DNA of 64,000 bases, from contig CAZGFX010000001.1 of the NCBI GenBank assembly GCA_964524845.1, forward strand, positions 163,281 to 227,280. Reading direction: 5' to 3'. Of this stretch, positions 18,644 to 28,898 are shown in pieces. The translations under genes were made by a program, and so were the position numbers. Source of the DNA: an uncultured Gammaproteobacteria bacterium. Lineage in GTDB: Bacteria; Patescibacteriota; Patescibacteriia; CAZGFX01. Under the pieces are notes generated by a model that worked only from the letters and a program-made list of their open reading frames with translations, searched no databases and had not been told where the DNA came from. Within the stretch, counting starts at the first letter, position 1, and the number at the start of each line of letters is the position of its first letter.

Positions 18644-21190
18644 ATGAGTAATATATTTTCAAAGTTTACAAAACATTATAAGAAAATTCTTGAATCAAGC
18701 GAAAAAATAGCCGAGGAACTTGGGCACGATAAAATTCTCCCTGTTCATCTCCTATATACACTTTCAATTGAAACAGGGGCTGTTGGTTTTGATATTCTTC
18801 ACAAACTTGGTCTCACATCAGACAAAATCAGACAATTTATACCTGAATCATATACGAAGACTCCGCGAACAACTTCTCCACAAATATCAAAAGAAGTGAA
18901 AGATATTATTGTTTATTCCGTTAAGGTCGCTTTTGAATATGAACACAAGTATGTTGGAACAGAGCACCTTCTTGCAGCAATACTTAATTTTAATGATGAC
19001 ACTATCAAAAATATTCTCAATACATTCTCAATCACTACTGAAAACATCAAAAATCAAATTGATCAACTCCTTGCAAGCACTTCAAAATTCAATTATATAA
19101 TAGATCAAGAAGACACTCCTCATGCATTAAGCAAAGAAAGGGATGCGCGAAATTCATCCTCTCAAGGAATTTTTGGTGCGGGAGGTATACCAGGAATCGG
19201 AGGAATACCAAAAGAAGAAATGTTGGAACTTTTCGCAAACGATCTCACAGATGCCGAACTCCAAGAAACAATCGATCCTGTCGTTGGTAGAGAGTTTGAG
19301 ATCGAAAGATTAATTCAAATCCTTTCTCGACGAACAAAAAACAATCCTGTTCTTATTGGCGAACCGGGAGTTGGCAAAACCGCCATCATTGAAGGACTCG
19401 CGAAGAAAATACTCGCAGGAGATGTACCGTCCGTTCTTATTGGTAAAAAAATATATGCCCTCGATTTAGGGCTTATGATTGCAGGAACAACATATAGAGG
19501 AGAATTTGAAAACAGACTCAAACAATTCATCGAGGAGATAAAAAATCAGGGAAATGTAATTCTTTTCATTGATGAGCTTCATACAATAGTCGGAACAGGG
19601 TCGACATCTGGATCTCTTGATGTAGCAAACATGCTCAAACCCGAACTTGCACGTGGCGATGTTCGTATTATAGGAGCAACTACGCCAGCAGAATACAAAA
19701 AACACATTGAAGACGATCGAGCCTTGGAACGACGCTTCCAAACTATTTTTATTGATGAACCAAACACCTCTGCTACAATCACAATACTTAAAGGAATAAA
19801 AAACAATTACGAAAAATACCATCGTGTCGCTATCACCGACTCCGCGATCGAAGCGGCGGTACATCTTAGTGCCAGATATATCACAAACAACCAGCTTCCG
19901 GACAAGGCAATTGATTTAATAGATGAAGCGGCGGCGAAAATCAAAATAAAAAGCGGAGCTACAACAGTGTTTTCAAAAATTCAACGACTTGAAAAACAAC
20001 TTGATGATCTAGAGGCCGAGAAAGAAGCTTTAATTCTAAATAACGATTTTAACTCAGCGCTTTCCGTAAAACAAAAAGAGCACGATGTACGAATCAAGCT
20101 TGCTTCATTATATAAACAACACGAATCGGAAAAAGAGAAAATGATCGGTAAAATAACCGAACAAGATATTGCCGAAATTATCTCGTGCATGTTTAAAATT
20201 CCACTCGAAGAAATTACATCTACATCTTCTACAAATATCGCACTACTTTCAAAAAACTTAAAAGAATGTATTATCGGACAGGAAGAAGCTATTGATGAGA
20301 TTGTTCATACTATCAAACGAGCAAAAGCCGGTATAAACAATCCTCACAAACCACTCGCATCGTTCGTGTTCCTAGGTCCTTCAGGAGTTGGAAAAACTGC
20401 AACGGCAAAAGCAATTGCACGACAGATTTTCAATGACGAAAAAGCACTTATCCAAATAAACATGACCGATTTCTCTGAGGGTTTCACCGTATCGAAGCTT
20501 GTCGGTTCCCCTGCCGGATATGTCGGATACAAAGAGTCCGCCCTGCTTACCGATTCTGTAAGGAAAAAACCATATTCTGTTGTATTATTTGATGAGATCG
20601 AAAAAGCTCATCCGGACGTTTTTAATATACTTCTTCCTATCCTAGAAGAAGGAGAAATTACAGACGCCACAGGAAGAACTGTTAATTTCAGAAATACGAT
20701 TATTATAATGACATCTAATATCGGATCAGATGATTTCAATAGATATCAGCGAGAAGTCGGTTTCTCTGTCAAAGTTTCCGACACACCAAAAACTCCATTA
20801 TCGCGTGATTTTGAAACGTTACAAAATAATGCATTAAAAGAGCTTAGAGACAGATTTCGACCAGAATTTTTAAATCGAATAGACCAAATTATAGTTTATC
20901 ACCCACTCAATACAAATTCTCTAAAGAAAATTATAAAGAAAGAGCTTGGTGATCTGAAAAACCGTATCCTAAAACAAAAAATAGAGCTTTCATATGACAA
21001 TTCTGTCATTTCTCATATTTTTGAACACACCGACCTCACCCATGAAGGTGCACGAAACGTCGGAAAGACAATAGATCGCGAAATTACCACATTAATCGCG
21101 GATCGTATCTTGCAATCAGCTCTAAAACCGGAAAAAATGATTATAACAACTGATAAAAAAACAAATCTCATACGCGTCACCTCTGGATAA
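18644..21190 (+). CDS. clpC: AAA+ Clp ATPase, ClpC-type (Clp_N, two AAA modules, medium-length M-domain, VGF ClpP-docking tripeptide)
   Basis: Walker A GEPGVGKTAI and GPSGVGKT, Clp_N repeats, coiled-coil QRLEKQLDDLEAEKEAL, VGF loop (EVGFSV). The ATG at 18644 is preferred over the GTG at 18626. Confidence 0.85.
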   Translation: MSNIFSKFTKHYKKILESSEKIAEELGHDKILPVHLLYTLSIETGAVGFDILHKLGLTSDKIRQFIPESYTKTPRTTSPQISKEVKDIIVYSVKVAFEYEHKYVGTEHLLAAILNFNDDTIKNILNTFSITTENIKNQIDQLLASTSKFNYIIDQEDTPHALSKERDARNSSSQGIFGAGGIPGIGGIPKEEMLELFANDLTDAELQETIDPVVGREFEIERLIQILSRRTKNNPVLIGEPGVGKTAIIEGLAKKILAGDVPSVLIGKKIYALDLGLMIAGTTYRGEFENRLKQFIEEIKNQGNVILFIDELHTIVGTGSTSGSLDVANMLKPELARGDVRIIGATTPAEYKKHIEDDRALERRFQTIFIDEPNTSATITILKGIKNNYEKYHRVAITDSAIEAAVHLSARYITNNQLPDKAIDLIDEAAAKIKIKSGATTVFSKIQRLEKQLDDLEAEKEALILNNDFNSALSVKQKEHDVRIKLASLYKQHESEKEKMIGKITEQDIAEIISCMFKIPLEEITSTSSTNIALLSKNLKECIIGQEEAIDEIVHTIKRAKAGINNPHKPLASFVFLGPSGVGKTATAKAIARQIFNDEKALIQINMTDFSEGFTVSKLVGSPAGYVGYKESALLTDSVRKKPYSVVLFDEIEKAHPDVFNILLPILEEGEITDATGRTVNFRNTIIIMTSNIGSDDFNRYQREVGFSVKVSDTPKTPLSRDFETLQNNALKELRDRFRPEFLNRIDQIIVYHPLNTNSLKKIIKKELGDLKNRILKQKIELSYDNSVISHIFEHTDLTHEGARNVGKTIDREITTLIADRILQSALKPEKMIITTDKKTNLIRVTSG

Positions 21191-21298
21191 ACACTACGCG
21201 CGCAAAAAAACAACCCAGAACGACACCTCATAAACATGTTATGATATAAAAATCATAAACATAGCAGGTGTCGTGTTTTTTTATAACAAATAAACAAT

Positions 21299-22000
21299 AT
21301 GATTATCTCTTTCATAAAAAATTTTTGTAAAAACATTTCTTTATATATAGCTCCGCGACGATGTGTTTTGTGTAGGCGCGAAATCGAATCATCATCGCTC
21401 TGTGAAATGTGTTTATCGTCTCTGGCTCTCGCGCCGCGCGGCTCGACACATGGTATTGTGCACAAAAACAATATAGATGATTTTGTCATTGGTACGCCAT
21501 TTTCAACAAATGGCATACAAGAATTAGTTCATGCTATAAAATATGAATCTCGTGAAGATTGTGTTCCATATATTGCGGAAATACTTCTGCGCGAGCTCGC
21601 GCGGCGCGTGAATCTTTTATCAAAAAAACAAGAAGTAGTACTGGTTCCACTTCCTCTTCATCCCAGAAGACTTCGCGAACGTGGATTCAATCAAGCTGAA
21701 CTTATAGCAAAATACATATCCGAAAAAACACATGTTCGATATAGGACGGATATTGTAACAAGAAAAAAATATACTACTCCGCAAGCTTCTTTAAATGGTG
21801 TTGAGCGTTCATCAAATATATCAGGAGCATTCTCTGTATGCGCCACGGTGGCTGACGAACTGTTTTTCAAATCAAAAATAACATTTATTATTGTTGATGA
21901 TGTTATTACAACCGGTGCAACCGCAAACGAGTTAGCAGGAACTATCAAATCAATATACAAAAACGCCACAGTGGTTTGTGCCACCGTGGCGCATGAATAG
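21299..22000 (+). CDS. comFC: ComF-family protein (ComFC; zinc finger + phosphoribosyltransferase domain)
   Basis: CVLCRRE..CEMC zinc finger; PRTase motif FIIVDDVITTGATANE. Confidence 0.8.
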   Translation: MIISFIKNFCKNISLYIAPRRCVLCRREIESSSLCEMCLSSLALAPRGSTHGIVHKNNIDDFVIGTPFSTNGIQELVHAIKYESREDCVPYIAEILLRELARRVNLLSKKQEVVLVPLPLHPRRLRERGFNQAELIAKYISEKTHVRYRTDIVTRKKYTTPQASLNGVERSSNISGAFSVCATVADELFFKSKITFIIVDDVITTGATANELAGTIKSIYKNATVVCATVAHE

Positions 22001-22003
22001 TTT

Positions 22004-22558
22004 TTATATTTTAAAAATCCTTGAAAATGCTTCTGAAAAAGGAATATCGTCTTTTTCCTTATCTTCTTTCACAATGTCAATTAAAAAAGCTCTAATAGAT
22101 ACGGGATCCATGTCTTCAAGTCCTAGCCTAAGTCTTGAACGAAAACCATAAAAATCAACATATAAATCCTTTACATATGGTGGTTCATAAATAATATAAA
22201 ATGATTTCATCGTCGAATACGGAATCAGTTTTTCATTGTAATATAAGCCCTCATCTGTAAAAATAACCGAGATCACGTCCGGTCCTTTCTTATGACCAAG
22301 AAAAATCGCAGCGGCACCGAGTACAACAATAATTGCGAATAAAAAATTCTCATCAATAAACGCATAAACCAAAAGAAGTATTGTAATAAAAGAAGCAATA
22401 ACATACCACCACACCCCTCTGTCGTGATAATGAAATTCATCTGTAAGCCACGCAAAAAACACTTCTGTTTTTGTTTTTTTCAATATATCCTCTAGACGTT
22501 CTTCTGCGTTTTGTATTCGTTCTTCGCGATCTTTCTCGCGTTGTTCTTTATTAAACAT
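22004..22558 (-). CDS. Hypothetical membrane protein (2 TM)
   Basis: 184-aa ORF with a charged N-terminus and two hydrophobic helices. Confidence 0.5.
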   Translation of the reverse strand: MFNKEQREKDREERIQNAEERLEDILKKTKTEVFFAWLTDEFHYHDRGVWWYVIASFITILLLVYAFIDENFLFAIIVVLGAAAIFLGHKKGPDVISVIFTDEGLYYNEKLIPYSTMKSFYIIYEPPYVKDLYVDFYGFRSRLRLGLEDMDPVSIRAFLIDIVKEDKEKDDIPFSEAFSRIFKI

Positions 22559-22645
22559 AGGGTGATTATTATTAATGCTATATATAGTATACCAAAAAAC
22601 AGTGTAATAGCATAGATATTGGTTTGGAGGAAAATAACAAATAAA

Positions 22646-23245
22646 TTAGGAAATATCGTCAAATCTTTTCATTATTTCAGACTGTTTTTCTGATGAAATA
22701 ATGTATCTTTCCATATTTGGCATTCTCTGTCTTGTTACCTCATACATACACAGGGCCGCCGTGACAGAAAGATTTAGGCTCTGAATCATTCCTCTCATAG
22801 GGATGAAGATTGTTCTATCACAAAGCGAACGAGCCGTATCAGAAAGACCAGCGTGCTCGTTTCCAAAAACAAGAGCTATGGAATTATTATCAAAACGCGC
22901 CGAAAAAATATTTTCCGCGCTTTCATCAAGCGCGGTACCGATGATCGTATACCCGTTCTTTTTTAAATCATTAAAACATTCTTTTGTCGTAGCATACTCA
23001 TGAAAATTGAGCCACTTGTTCGCAGTTGCTGAACTTGCAGCGCCTTTTTTCTTAGGATTAAATCGATCTGTTTCCTCAAAAATAAAATAGACATCATCAA
23101 TTCCGAATGCGTCACACGATCTGCACACTGCTTGAGCATTATGCGGATCAGAAATATTTTCTATTACAACCACAATTCCTTTTTGTCTTTTGGATACAAC
23201 TTGTTCGTACTTTTTCTTTCTTTCCGATGTAATCATATTTTTCAA
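22646..23245 (-). CDS. SpoU/TrmH-family RNA 2'-O-methyltransferase
   Basis: SPOUT motifs (LVFGNEHAGLS, IPMRGMIQSLNLSVTAAL). Confidence 0.8.
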   Translation of the reverse strand: MKNMITSERKKKYEQVVSKRQKGIVVVIENISDPHNAQAVCRSCDAFGIDDVYFIFEETDRFNPKKKGAASSATANKWLNFHEYATTKECFNDLKKNGYTIIGTALDESAENIFSARFDNNSIALVFGNEHAGLSDTARSLCDRTIFIPMRGMIQSLNLSVTAALCMYEVTRQRMPNMERYIISSEKQSEIMKRFDDIS

Positions 23246-24027
23246 AGAAGCTTACTTGTTCGAACATTTATTCTATCTTCTGTTTCTTTCGCAGATTTGC
23301 GATACGCACAATAATCACAAGATTGGGATGATTCAGGAATTATTGAGCTTGTCAGACATTTTTTTATATCAAAAATTGTCGGTTCAATCCACGCATCATT
23401 CCCTATGTGTGGTAAAACAACTATGTCAAACTCGAGCTTTCCATCAAATGCTTTTGCGTCTGTATTTCCGTTACAATAAACGAAATATCCTTTTTCAGCG
23501 ACCGTGTATCCATTTCTACGAAGAAGCCATTGATAAAACTCCATCTGTCTTTTATATCCTATTTGCCATGGTGCGTCTATCGATAACTCCTCTTCTTTTG
23601 AGGTTGCCTTATAATCGACTACAATTAACTCTCCTTCTGGAGTAATCCATATATCATCCGGAGCTCCCGTCAAAAGAAAGTTCGTTTCTTTATGAAAATA
23701 CTCTACACCTCCCTTAAGCGCATCTCTCCACTTATTCATGTCCTTGTGCGCGAATGGCACGGCATCAATTCCATATGTTTGCATTAGAGGATGAGCGGTA
23801 TTATCAGCCCTGTGAATATCAAATTCTTTTTTAAGAAGAGTATCAACAGCTGAATTAAGATTAAAAGGAAAGCTCGGTGGACGATCAATTCCGCACCTGC
23901 GATCTAGATAAAAACACCGCTGACAATTCATAAAAAGTTCTATCCGAAACCTGCTCAACTTATACGGTTCAGATGATTCGGGATTAAATACATTTCTAGT
24001 TCGTTTCGGATTATAATATGTTGACAT
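23242..24027 (-). CDS. PD-(D/E)XK nuclease-superfamily protein with Cys clusters (Cas4/AddB-like Fe-S nuclease fold?), no cas neighbours
   Basis: Motif IVVDYKATS (D-x-K); N-terminal CQRCFYLDRRC and C-terminal SCDYCAY cysteines. Confidence 0.55.
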   Translation of the reverse strand: MSTYYNPKRTRNVFNPESSEPYKLSRFRIELFMNCQRCFYLDRRCGIDRPPSFPFNLNSAVDTLLKKEFDIHRADNTAHPLMQTYGIDAVPFAHKDMNKWRDALKGGVEYFHKETNFLLTGAPDDIWITPEGELIVVDYKATSKEEELSIDAPWQIGYKRQMEFYQWLLRRNGYTVAEKGYFVYCNGNTDAKAFDGKLEFDIVVLPHIGNDAWIEPTIFDIKKCLTSSIIPESSQSCDYCAYRKSAKETEDRINVRTSKLL

Positions 24028-24057
24028 AAAAATTCTTCTGGTATCGCCCGTTAATAA

Positions 24058-25023
24058 TTACACGCGACTTTTAAACCATTCGATTGTTTTTTTGAGCCCT
24101 GTTTCAAAATCAACGATTGGTTTATATCCTAAAATTTTTTTTGCCTTCGATATATCAGCATGTGAATGACTTATGTCCCCTGAACGTGAGGGACGATTCT
24201 CGAGATCAAGTGGTTGATCGGTGTATGTTTCTATTAATTTCTTAATTTTGATGAGATCGACTCGATCTCCGCATGATATATTAAAAACATCTCCTCCAAA
24301 CCGATTCGGATAAAGCATGGCTAGCTCAAGTGCGTGAATAACATTATCAACATAACAAAAGTCTCTCGATTGAGATCCATCGCCTTCCAAAAAAGGTTTT
24401 TTTTCATTTTTAATATACATGTTTTCAAGCCACGCAGAAAGAACGGTCGCATATGAGGAATCGCCATACTGCCCTGGACCGAATACATTAAAAAAACGAA
24501 AACATACCGTATCAATATCAAATAAAGAGCTGAATATTTTACAAAAAGTCTCTGCGGCATGTTTGTGTAAGCCATATGGTGTTTGTGGACTTGGAGAATG
24601 CGTATGTTCTGCGACAGGAAGAACTTCCGTATTACCATACACGGCAGCCGACGAAGAAAACAAAAAACGTTTCACTCCATGATCACGTGCCTTTTCTAAA
24701 ACATTGACTGTTCCAAAAACATTAACATGCGTTGTATGCGCAGGATGTTCTACGCTGTATGATACTTGCGGAAGCGCCGCCAAGTGTATAACATACTCTG
24801 GTTTATGCACACGAAAAATAGCCTCAAGATAATCGTCGTCACATATAGACCCTTCGTAAAATACAATGTCTTGATCACACCTGTCCCTTTTTCCAGTAGA
24901 GAAATCATCTATACCAATAATTGTCGTTTTTGGAAAACGATTTTTTAAATACGCCACAAGATTACTACCGATAAAACCGGCGCATCCGGTAACTAAAATT
25001 GTCTTAGGATCTGTCATAAACAC
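24058..25023 (-). CDS. NAD-dependent nucleotide-sugar epimerase/dehydratase (extended SDR)
   Basis: ILVTGCAGFIGSNLVAYL Rossmann motif; YxxxK catalytic region; 321 aa. Confidence 0.85.
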   Translation of the reverse strand: MFMTDPKTILVTGCAGFIGSNLVAYLKNRFPKTTIIGIDDFSTGKRDRCDQDIVFYEGSICDDDYLEAIFRVHKPEYVIHLAALPQVSYSVEHPAHTTHVNVFGTVNVLEKARDHGVKRFLFSSSAAVYGNTEVLPVAEHTHSPSPQTPYGLHKHAAETFCKIFSSLFDIDTVCFRFFNVFGPGQYGDSSYATVLSAWLENMYIKNEKKPFLEGDGSQSRDFCYVDNVIHALELAMLYPNRFGGDVFNISCGDRVDLIKIKKLIETYTDQPLDLENRPSRSGDISHSHADISKAKKILGYKPIVDFETGLKKTIEWFKSRV

Positions 25024-25105
25024 CTTATTATAAGCACACTACACGAAAGTAAACAAGTAATAATCAGTGCTTTTTATTAAATAATGCTTTATTTATCACA
25101 GTTAA

Positions 25106-25546
25106 TCACCTCCAGAAAAAATACCACGAAATAATTGCCACAATAACTCCAACAACATATCCAAATGGAATAATTTTCTTTCCTTTTATCTTTATCCAGG
25201 GATAATAATCCGAGAAATCACTCCAAAACTCCTTAAAACGTACGACGGGATTTACGCAATACCAACCAAAATCCTCAACAATTAACCCAATTGCATACGC
25301 CGAAACAAGAATACCGAAAAGTCTCGCATCCCATCCATAAATAACCAATGGCAATGATAGAAGTAATGGGAACATTATGAAGAAAAGGAAAAAATGATAT
25401 CCTGAAAGAACAAATCTTTTGCCAATGCGCAAACTCCATCCCAACTTCTCTTTGTTCCACGCATTTCTACCTTCAACATACGCCTCCCAAAAAGAAGTGG
25501 CGAACATCGCTAGACACACCCACAAAATAATTAAAAATGTATGCAT
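25106..25546 (-). CDS. Hypothetical integral membrane protein (4 TM)
   Basis: ORF with hydrophobic helices, W/F-rich. Confidence 0.5.
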   Translation of the reverse strand: MHTFLIILWVCLAMFATSFWEAYVEGRNAWNKEKLGWSLRIGKRFVLSGYHFFLFFIMFPLLLSLPLVIYGWDARLFGILVSAYAIGLIVEDFGWYCVNPVVRFKEFWSDFSDYYPWIKIKGKKIIPFGYVVGVIVAIISWYFFWR

Positions 25547-25558
25547 AAAAAATTAATA

Positions 25559-26119
25559 TTATATCTTCCTGCTGTCGTAAGCCCAGTGTAACAATGCTTG
25601 TCTCTGACGTCTATGACAATCCCATTCCATCGGATGACAGTTGTTTTTAATTTGAGATATGTGTCGCCTCATTGCTCTCCACCTCTTGATCTGTCTCGCA
25701 TCTTCTTTAGGAATCCTGCGCCCCATATAATATCTGCAATACCACTGAAACCAACCCCTAGGATCCTCATGGTGTATCCATCCTTTTTTTCTCCACACAG
25801 AAAGAGGTTGACTTGCGTTAACTCCAAAAAAATTAAGTTTCGGATCATGTTTTTCGTGACACAATTTGGCCTTCGAAAACCAGGTTTTTGGAAATTCTTT
25901 CTTGCAATCAGTCATATACTTCCCTCCGAAAACTCCTAAAACAAGCATTTCTTGTGGAGTTAGGTCTGGATCAAAATCATCAGCGAAGTTTTTACCGACA
26001 GGCTCGATACATGTGTACTTATAATTTTTTTGCATTATATCATTAACGACAACAACTCGTGGTTTGACACGTGACATATTATTTTTTCTTTTTATTATAT
26101 TCTCCAAACACCTCAACAA
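25559..26119 (-). CDS. Conserved hypothetical protein (W/R-rich; no function assigned)
   Basis: 186-aa ORF with motifs GWIHHEDPRGWFQWYCRYYMGRR; no recognisable catalytic signature. Confidence 0.5.
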   Translation of the reverse strand: MLRCLENIIKRKNNMSRVKPRVVVVNDIMQKNYKYTCIEPVGKNFADDFDPDLTPQEMLVLGVFGGKYMTDCKKEFPKTWFSKAKLCHEKHDPKLNFFGVNASQPLSVWRKKGWIHHEDPRGWFQWYCRYYMGRRIPKEDARQIKRWRAMRRHISQIKNNCHPMEWDCHRRQRQALLHWAYDSRKI

Positions 26120-26444
26120 ATTTTTTAAGGTGTGGATGCTCCTTTTCTTCCGGACCCCACCTTACACAACTGATTTCGTCTTCTGTTAAAGACTCTCCGA
26201 ACAGTTGTTCCAATAAATTAATAGAAGTACCACCAAAAGACCGAACACGTTCATAATCATCCCAATTAATTGAAGCTTCCGATCCATCATCTAGGAAGCG
26301 TATTAGTCTCGGACCGAAAGATTGTGCCCACCTACCATCTATTTTTATGATATCAAGCGCATTTGGGTGAGGTGTTTCAGTAAATATATCTTTGTTTTCT
26401 ATACCCATAAAATATTTAATGTTTTTTAAAACACTATAAAACAC
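26079..26444 (-). CDS. Hypothetical protein
   Basis: 121-aa ORF that overlaps the upstream gene by 40 nt; the real start may be the internal MGIENK. Confidence 0.4.
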   Translation of the reverse strand: MFYSVLKNIKYFMGIENKDIFTETPHPNALDIIKIDGRWAQSFGPRLIRFLDDGSEASINWDDYERVRSFGGTSINLLEQLFGESLTEDEISCVRWGPEEKEHPHLKKFVEVFGEYNKKKK

Positions 26445-26468
26445 TAACTACAAAACACTACCAAAACA

Positions 26469-27056
26469 CTACTTTGTCGCGAGCGCATGCACGCGCGCGA
26501 GCATGCGCTCGCGATCCTGATCCGTCTTTTTTCTCATCACATCAAACAGTGTAAACGATTTTATTTTAATTCCACAGAAAGAAAGTGTTTTTTTGAAAAT
26601 CTTTTTAAAAGGGCTGCCGATTAAAAAATAATAAAACGCTGGACCATCACACGTCATAAATATACGAGCTGTTTTCCCCTTAAGAAGTCCAATTAGACGT
26701 CCGTTCTGGCTATATTTAAATGCGAAACCACTTGAAAAATTTATATCAAAAAAATTTTTCATTACAGAAGGAACGTTCATCCACCACATAGGACAAACGA
26801 AGACAAGTTCATCAGCATCAGTAATTTTCTTCTGCAATATTTGTTTAACCGAATCATTTGGCAATTCACGAGCATTTTCAAACTTCAAAAAATCCTGCTT
26901 ATATTCATTCGAGTAAAGATCTACTATTTCAAAATTACCTCCTTTTTCTCTTACTCCGCTTGAGTATTTTTCAGCAATCAGGTGTGTAAAACCTTTTGAA
27001 GAAGGGTGTGCTGTAATAATCAGTGTTTTCATAATTGTAATAATTAACATCTTCAT
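26469..27056 (-). CDS. Flavodoxin-like fold NAD(P)H-dependent FMN oxidoreductase family protein
   Basis: MKTLIITAHPSSKGFTHLIAEKY N-terminus is typical of the NAD(P)H dehydrogenase (quinone)/FMN reductase family. Confidence 0.6.
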   Translation of the reverse strand: MKMLIITIMKTLIITAHPSSKGFTHLIAEKYSSGVREKGGNFEIVDLYSNEYKQDFLKFENARELPNDSVKQILQKKITDADELVFVCPMWWMNVPSVMKNFFDINFSSGFAFKYSQNGRLIGLLKGKTARIFMTCDGPAFYYFLIGSPFKKIFKKTLSFCGIKIKSFTLFDVMRKKTDQDRERMLARVHALATK

Positions 27057-27139
27057 TGTATCAAATCACAGTAATATACAAAAACCCGCCTCAGTCCTTG
27101 ATTTTACATCGTTTTTCATATATTCTATCAATGTTTTTC

Positions 27140-27359
27140 ATGGAGAGGTGGCCCTGATACGTTCTAGCTAGCGCCAGAACTACAGGACAAAACCTTTCTA
27201 AAAAGTTTCTACTAGGAATTATTTGTTCTTTATAATATTATTTCATCATATGGAGAGGTGGCCCTGATACGTTCTAGCTAGCGCTAGAACTACAGGGCAA
27301 AACCTTTCTAAAAAGTTTCTACTAGGAATTATTTGTTCTTTATAATATTATTTCATCAT
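27140..27359 (+). repeat. Two tandem 110-bp units, each beginning with the first 12 nt of tRNA-Ser (ggagaggtggcc) followed by a palindromic GC-rich block and an AT-rich TATAAT-containing segment
   Basis: Units at 27140-27249 and 27250-27359 differ at 2 positions. The third iteration is the genuine tRNA-Ser, so the repeat unit runs from tRNA nt 13 of one copy to nt 12 of the next. Confidence 0.8.
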
Positions 27360-27361
27360 AT

Positions 27362-27452
27362 GGAGAGGTGGCCGAGTTGGCTGAAGGCACCACATTGCTA
27401 ACGTGGCAGGGAGTAAAATCCCTCGGAGGTTCGAATCCTCTCCTCTCCGCCA
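27362..27452 (+). tRNA. tRNA-Ser (anticodon GCU), long variable arm
   Basis: GGAGAGG acceptor, anticodon loop TTGCTAA, long variable arm CAGGGAGTAAAATCCCTC, T-arm GGAGGTTCGAATCCTCT, CCA encoded. Confidence 0.9.
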
Positions 27453-27552
27453 TAGATTTGACAGGCTCGCCGTAGGTGAGGCTATCAAATCTATTGATAG
27501 GATAGAGAGGATGAGAAGTTTATGCCCGGAGTCACGAAGTGACGAACGGGTA

Positions 27553-27576
27553 AATCCTCTCCTCTCCGCCATAGAT
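27553..27576 (+). repeat. 24-nt direct duplicate of the tRNA-Ser 3' end (aatcctctcctctccgccatagat), ~100 bp downstream of the gene
   Basis: Exact match to 27434-27457, which covers the T-loop 3' half, acceptor 3' strand and CCA plus 4 nt. The intervening 100 bp contains two hairpins (agatttga..tcaaatct; gtcacgaagtgac). Confidence 0.75.
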
Positions 27577-27774
27577 ATTTATTATCGGAGTTGTCCTATA
27601 TACATAGGTATGTAGTGCGACATAGATACATAAATAATGGAAAACAAAAATACACGAGTAGTTCGTGTTTTTTTAAACAAAAATAATATTACTTTTAAAC
27701 AGTTTTTTATATAAAACAATAGCAAAATATTAAAAGTCTGATTTTTGTGATATTATGGTCTTAATCTATTACAT

Positions 27775-28203
27775 ATGACGAACGAGCAAAAACATACCGA
27801 GGTCGTTGTTGGTGTGTGCATATACAATGAACACGAAGAAGTTTTTCTTGCGCGATGCCCGAAATGGGAAAATAAATGGAATGTTCCAGGCGGACATCTT
27901 GAGTACGGAGAAAAAATAGAAGAGTGTGTAAGGCGCGAGACAAAAGAAGAGACAAATCTTGATGTAACGGATATTAGAATCGTTGATGTTCAAGAGTCTG
28001 TGTTTTCAAAAGAATATAAAAAAGGAGAACAGCATATGATTTTAATCGGATGCTGTTGTAAGAAAACGAGCGACGAAATTATTCTCAACGAAGAATTAGA
28101 AGAATACAAATGGATCGAGCCAAAAAAAGCATTAGAAACGCTTGATATGCCATCAAACGCGAAACAACTCATCAGAAATTTTATTAAATTTATTGCAAAA
28201 TAA
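27775..28203 (+). CDS. NUDIX hydrolase
   Basis: Nudix box GGHLEYGEKIEECVRRETKEETNL. Confidence 0.85.
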   Translation: MTNEQKHTEVVVGVCIYNEHEEVFLARCPKWENKWNVPGGHLEYGEKIEECVRRETKEETNLDVTDIRIVDVQESVFSKEYKKGEQHMILIGCCCKKTSDEIILNEELEEYKWIEPKKALETLDMPSNAKQLIRNFIKFIAK

Positions 28204-28322
28204 AAAAACACCAATTATTAACACAACAAAAAACCACTAAAACAACTTGCTTTTTCGGCTTAAAGAGTGTAGACTTCGCACAATGCTAATAAAACACAAC
28301 TTAATCAAATATATTATTTTAT

Positions 28323-28883
28323 ATGGGAAATTTTCAAGGAGGGGGCAGTAGAAGGGGAGGTTTTGGTGGTGGCAGACCAAGTTTTCAAAAAAAGAGCTGG
28401 GGAAATGATAGAGGGGGTGGAGACAGAGGAGATAAAACTCTATTTAGAGCTACATGTAGCGACTGTGGACAGTCTTGTGAAGTTCCTTTTCGTCCAACAG
28501 GTGAGAAACCAGTATATTGCTCTAATTGTTTTAGCAGTAAGAGAGGCGGTGGTGATCGAGGATCGCGCCAAGATTTTGGTAGCCGCGGACCAAAAAGAGA
28601 ATATAATGACAGACCAGCACCACGTGCTGATTTCGCACAAGCACCCGCACATGATGATGTTAAAAAGCAGTTAGGAGAAATTCGTATTAAACTTGATCGT
28701 CTTATCGGTGCGATAGAAAAATTAACAGGAACAAAAACAGAAACACGAGCCGAAACAAAGACTGAAGCAAAGAAAGATGTGCCCGTTGAAAAAAACACTC
28801 CTGTGGTTGTTTTAAAAGAAAAAACAAAAAAAGCATCTGTTAAGTCTGTCACTAAGAAAAAGACGGCGGCAAAAAAGAAATAA
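28323..28883 (+). CDS. RGG/RG-rich zinc-ribbon protein with Lys-rich C-terminal tail (putative nucleic-acid-binding)
   Basis: N-terminus GGGSRRGGFGGGRP..RGGGDRG; C4 ribbon CSDCGQSC..x17..CSNCF; second RG block; KKKTAAKKK tail. Confidence 0.7.
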   Translation: MGNFQGGGSRRGGFGGGRPSFQKKSWGNDRGGGDRGDKTLFRATCSDCGQSCEVPFRPTGEKPVYCSNCFSSKRGGGDRGSRQDFGSRGPKREYNDRPAPRADFAQAPAHDDVKKQLGEIRIKLDRLIGAIEKLTGTKTETRAETKTEAKKDVPVEKNTPVVVLKEKTKKASVKSVTKKKTAAKKK

Positions 28884-28898
28884 TAATCGTCTTTTATA

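Noticed and set aside
27348-27615. ORFs 27348..27572 (-) and 27403..27615 (+)
   Set aside because: They overlap tRNA-Ser and its 3'-end duplicate; the plus-strand one starts with GTG inside the tRNA anticodon arm. Non-coding.
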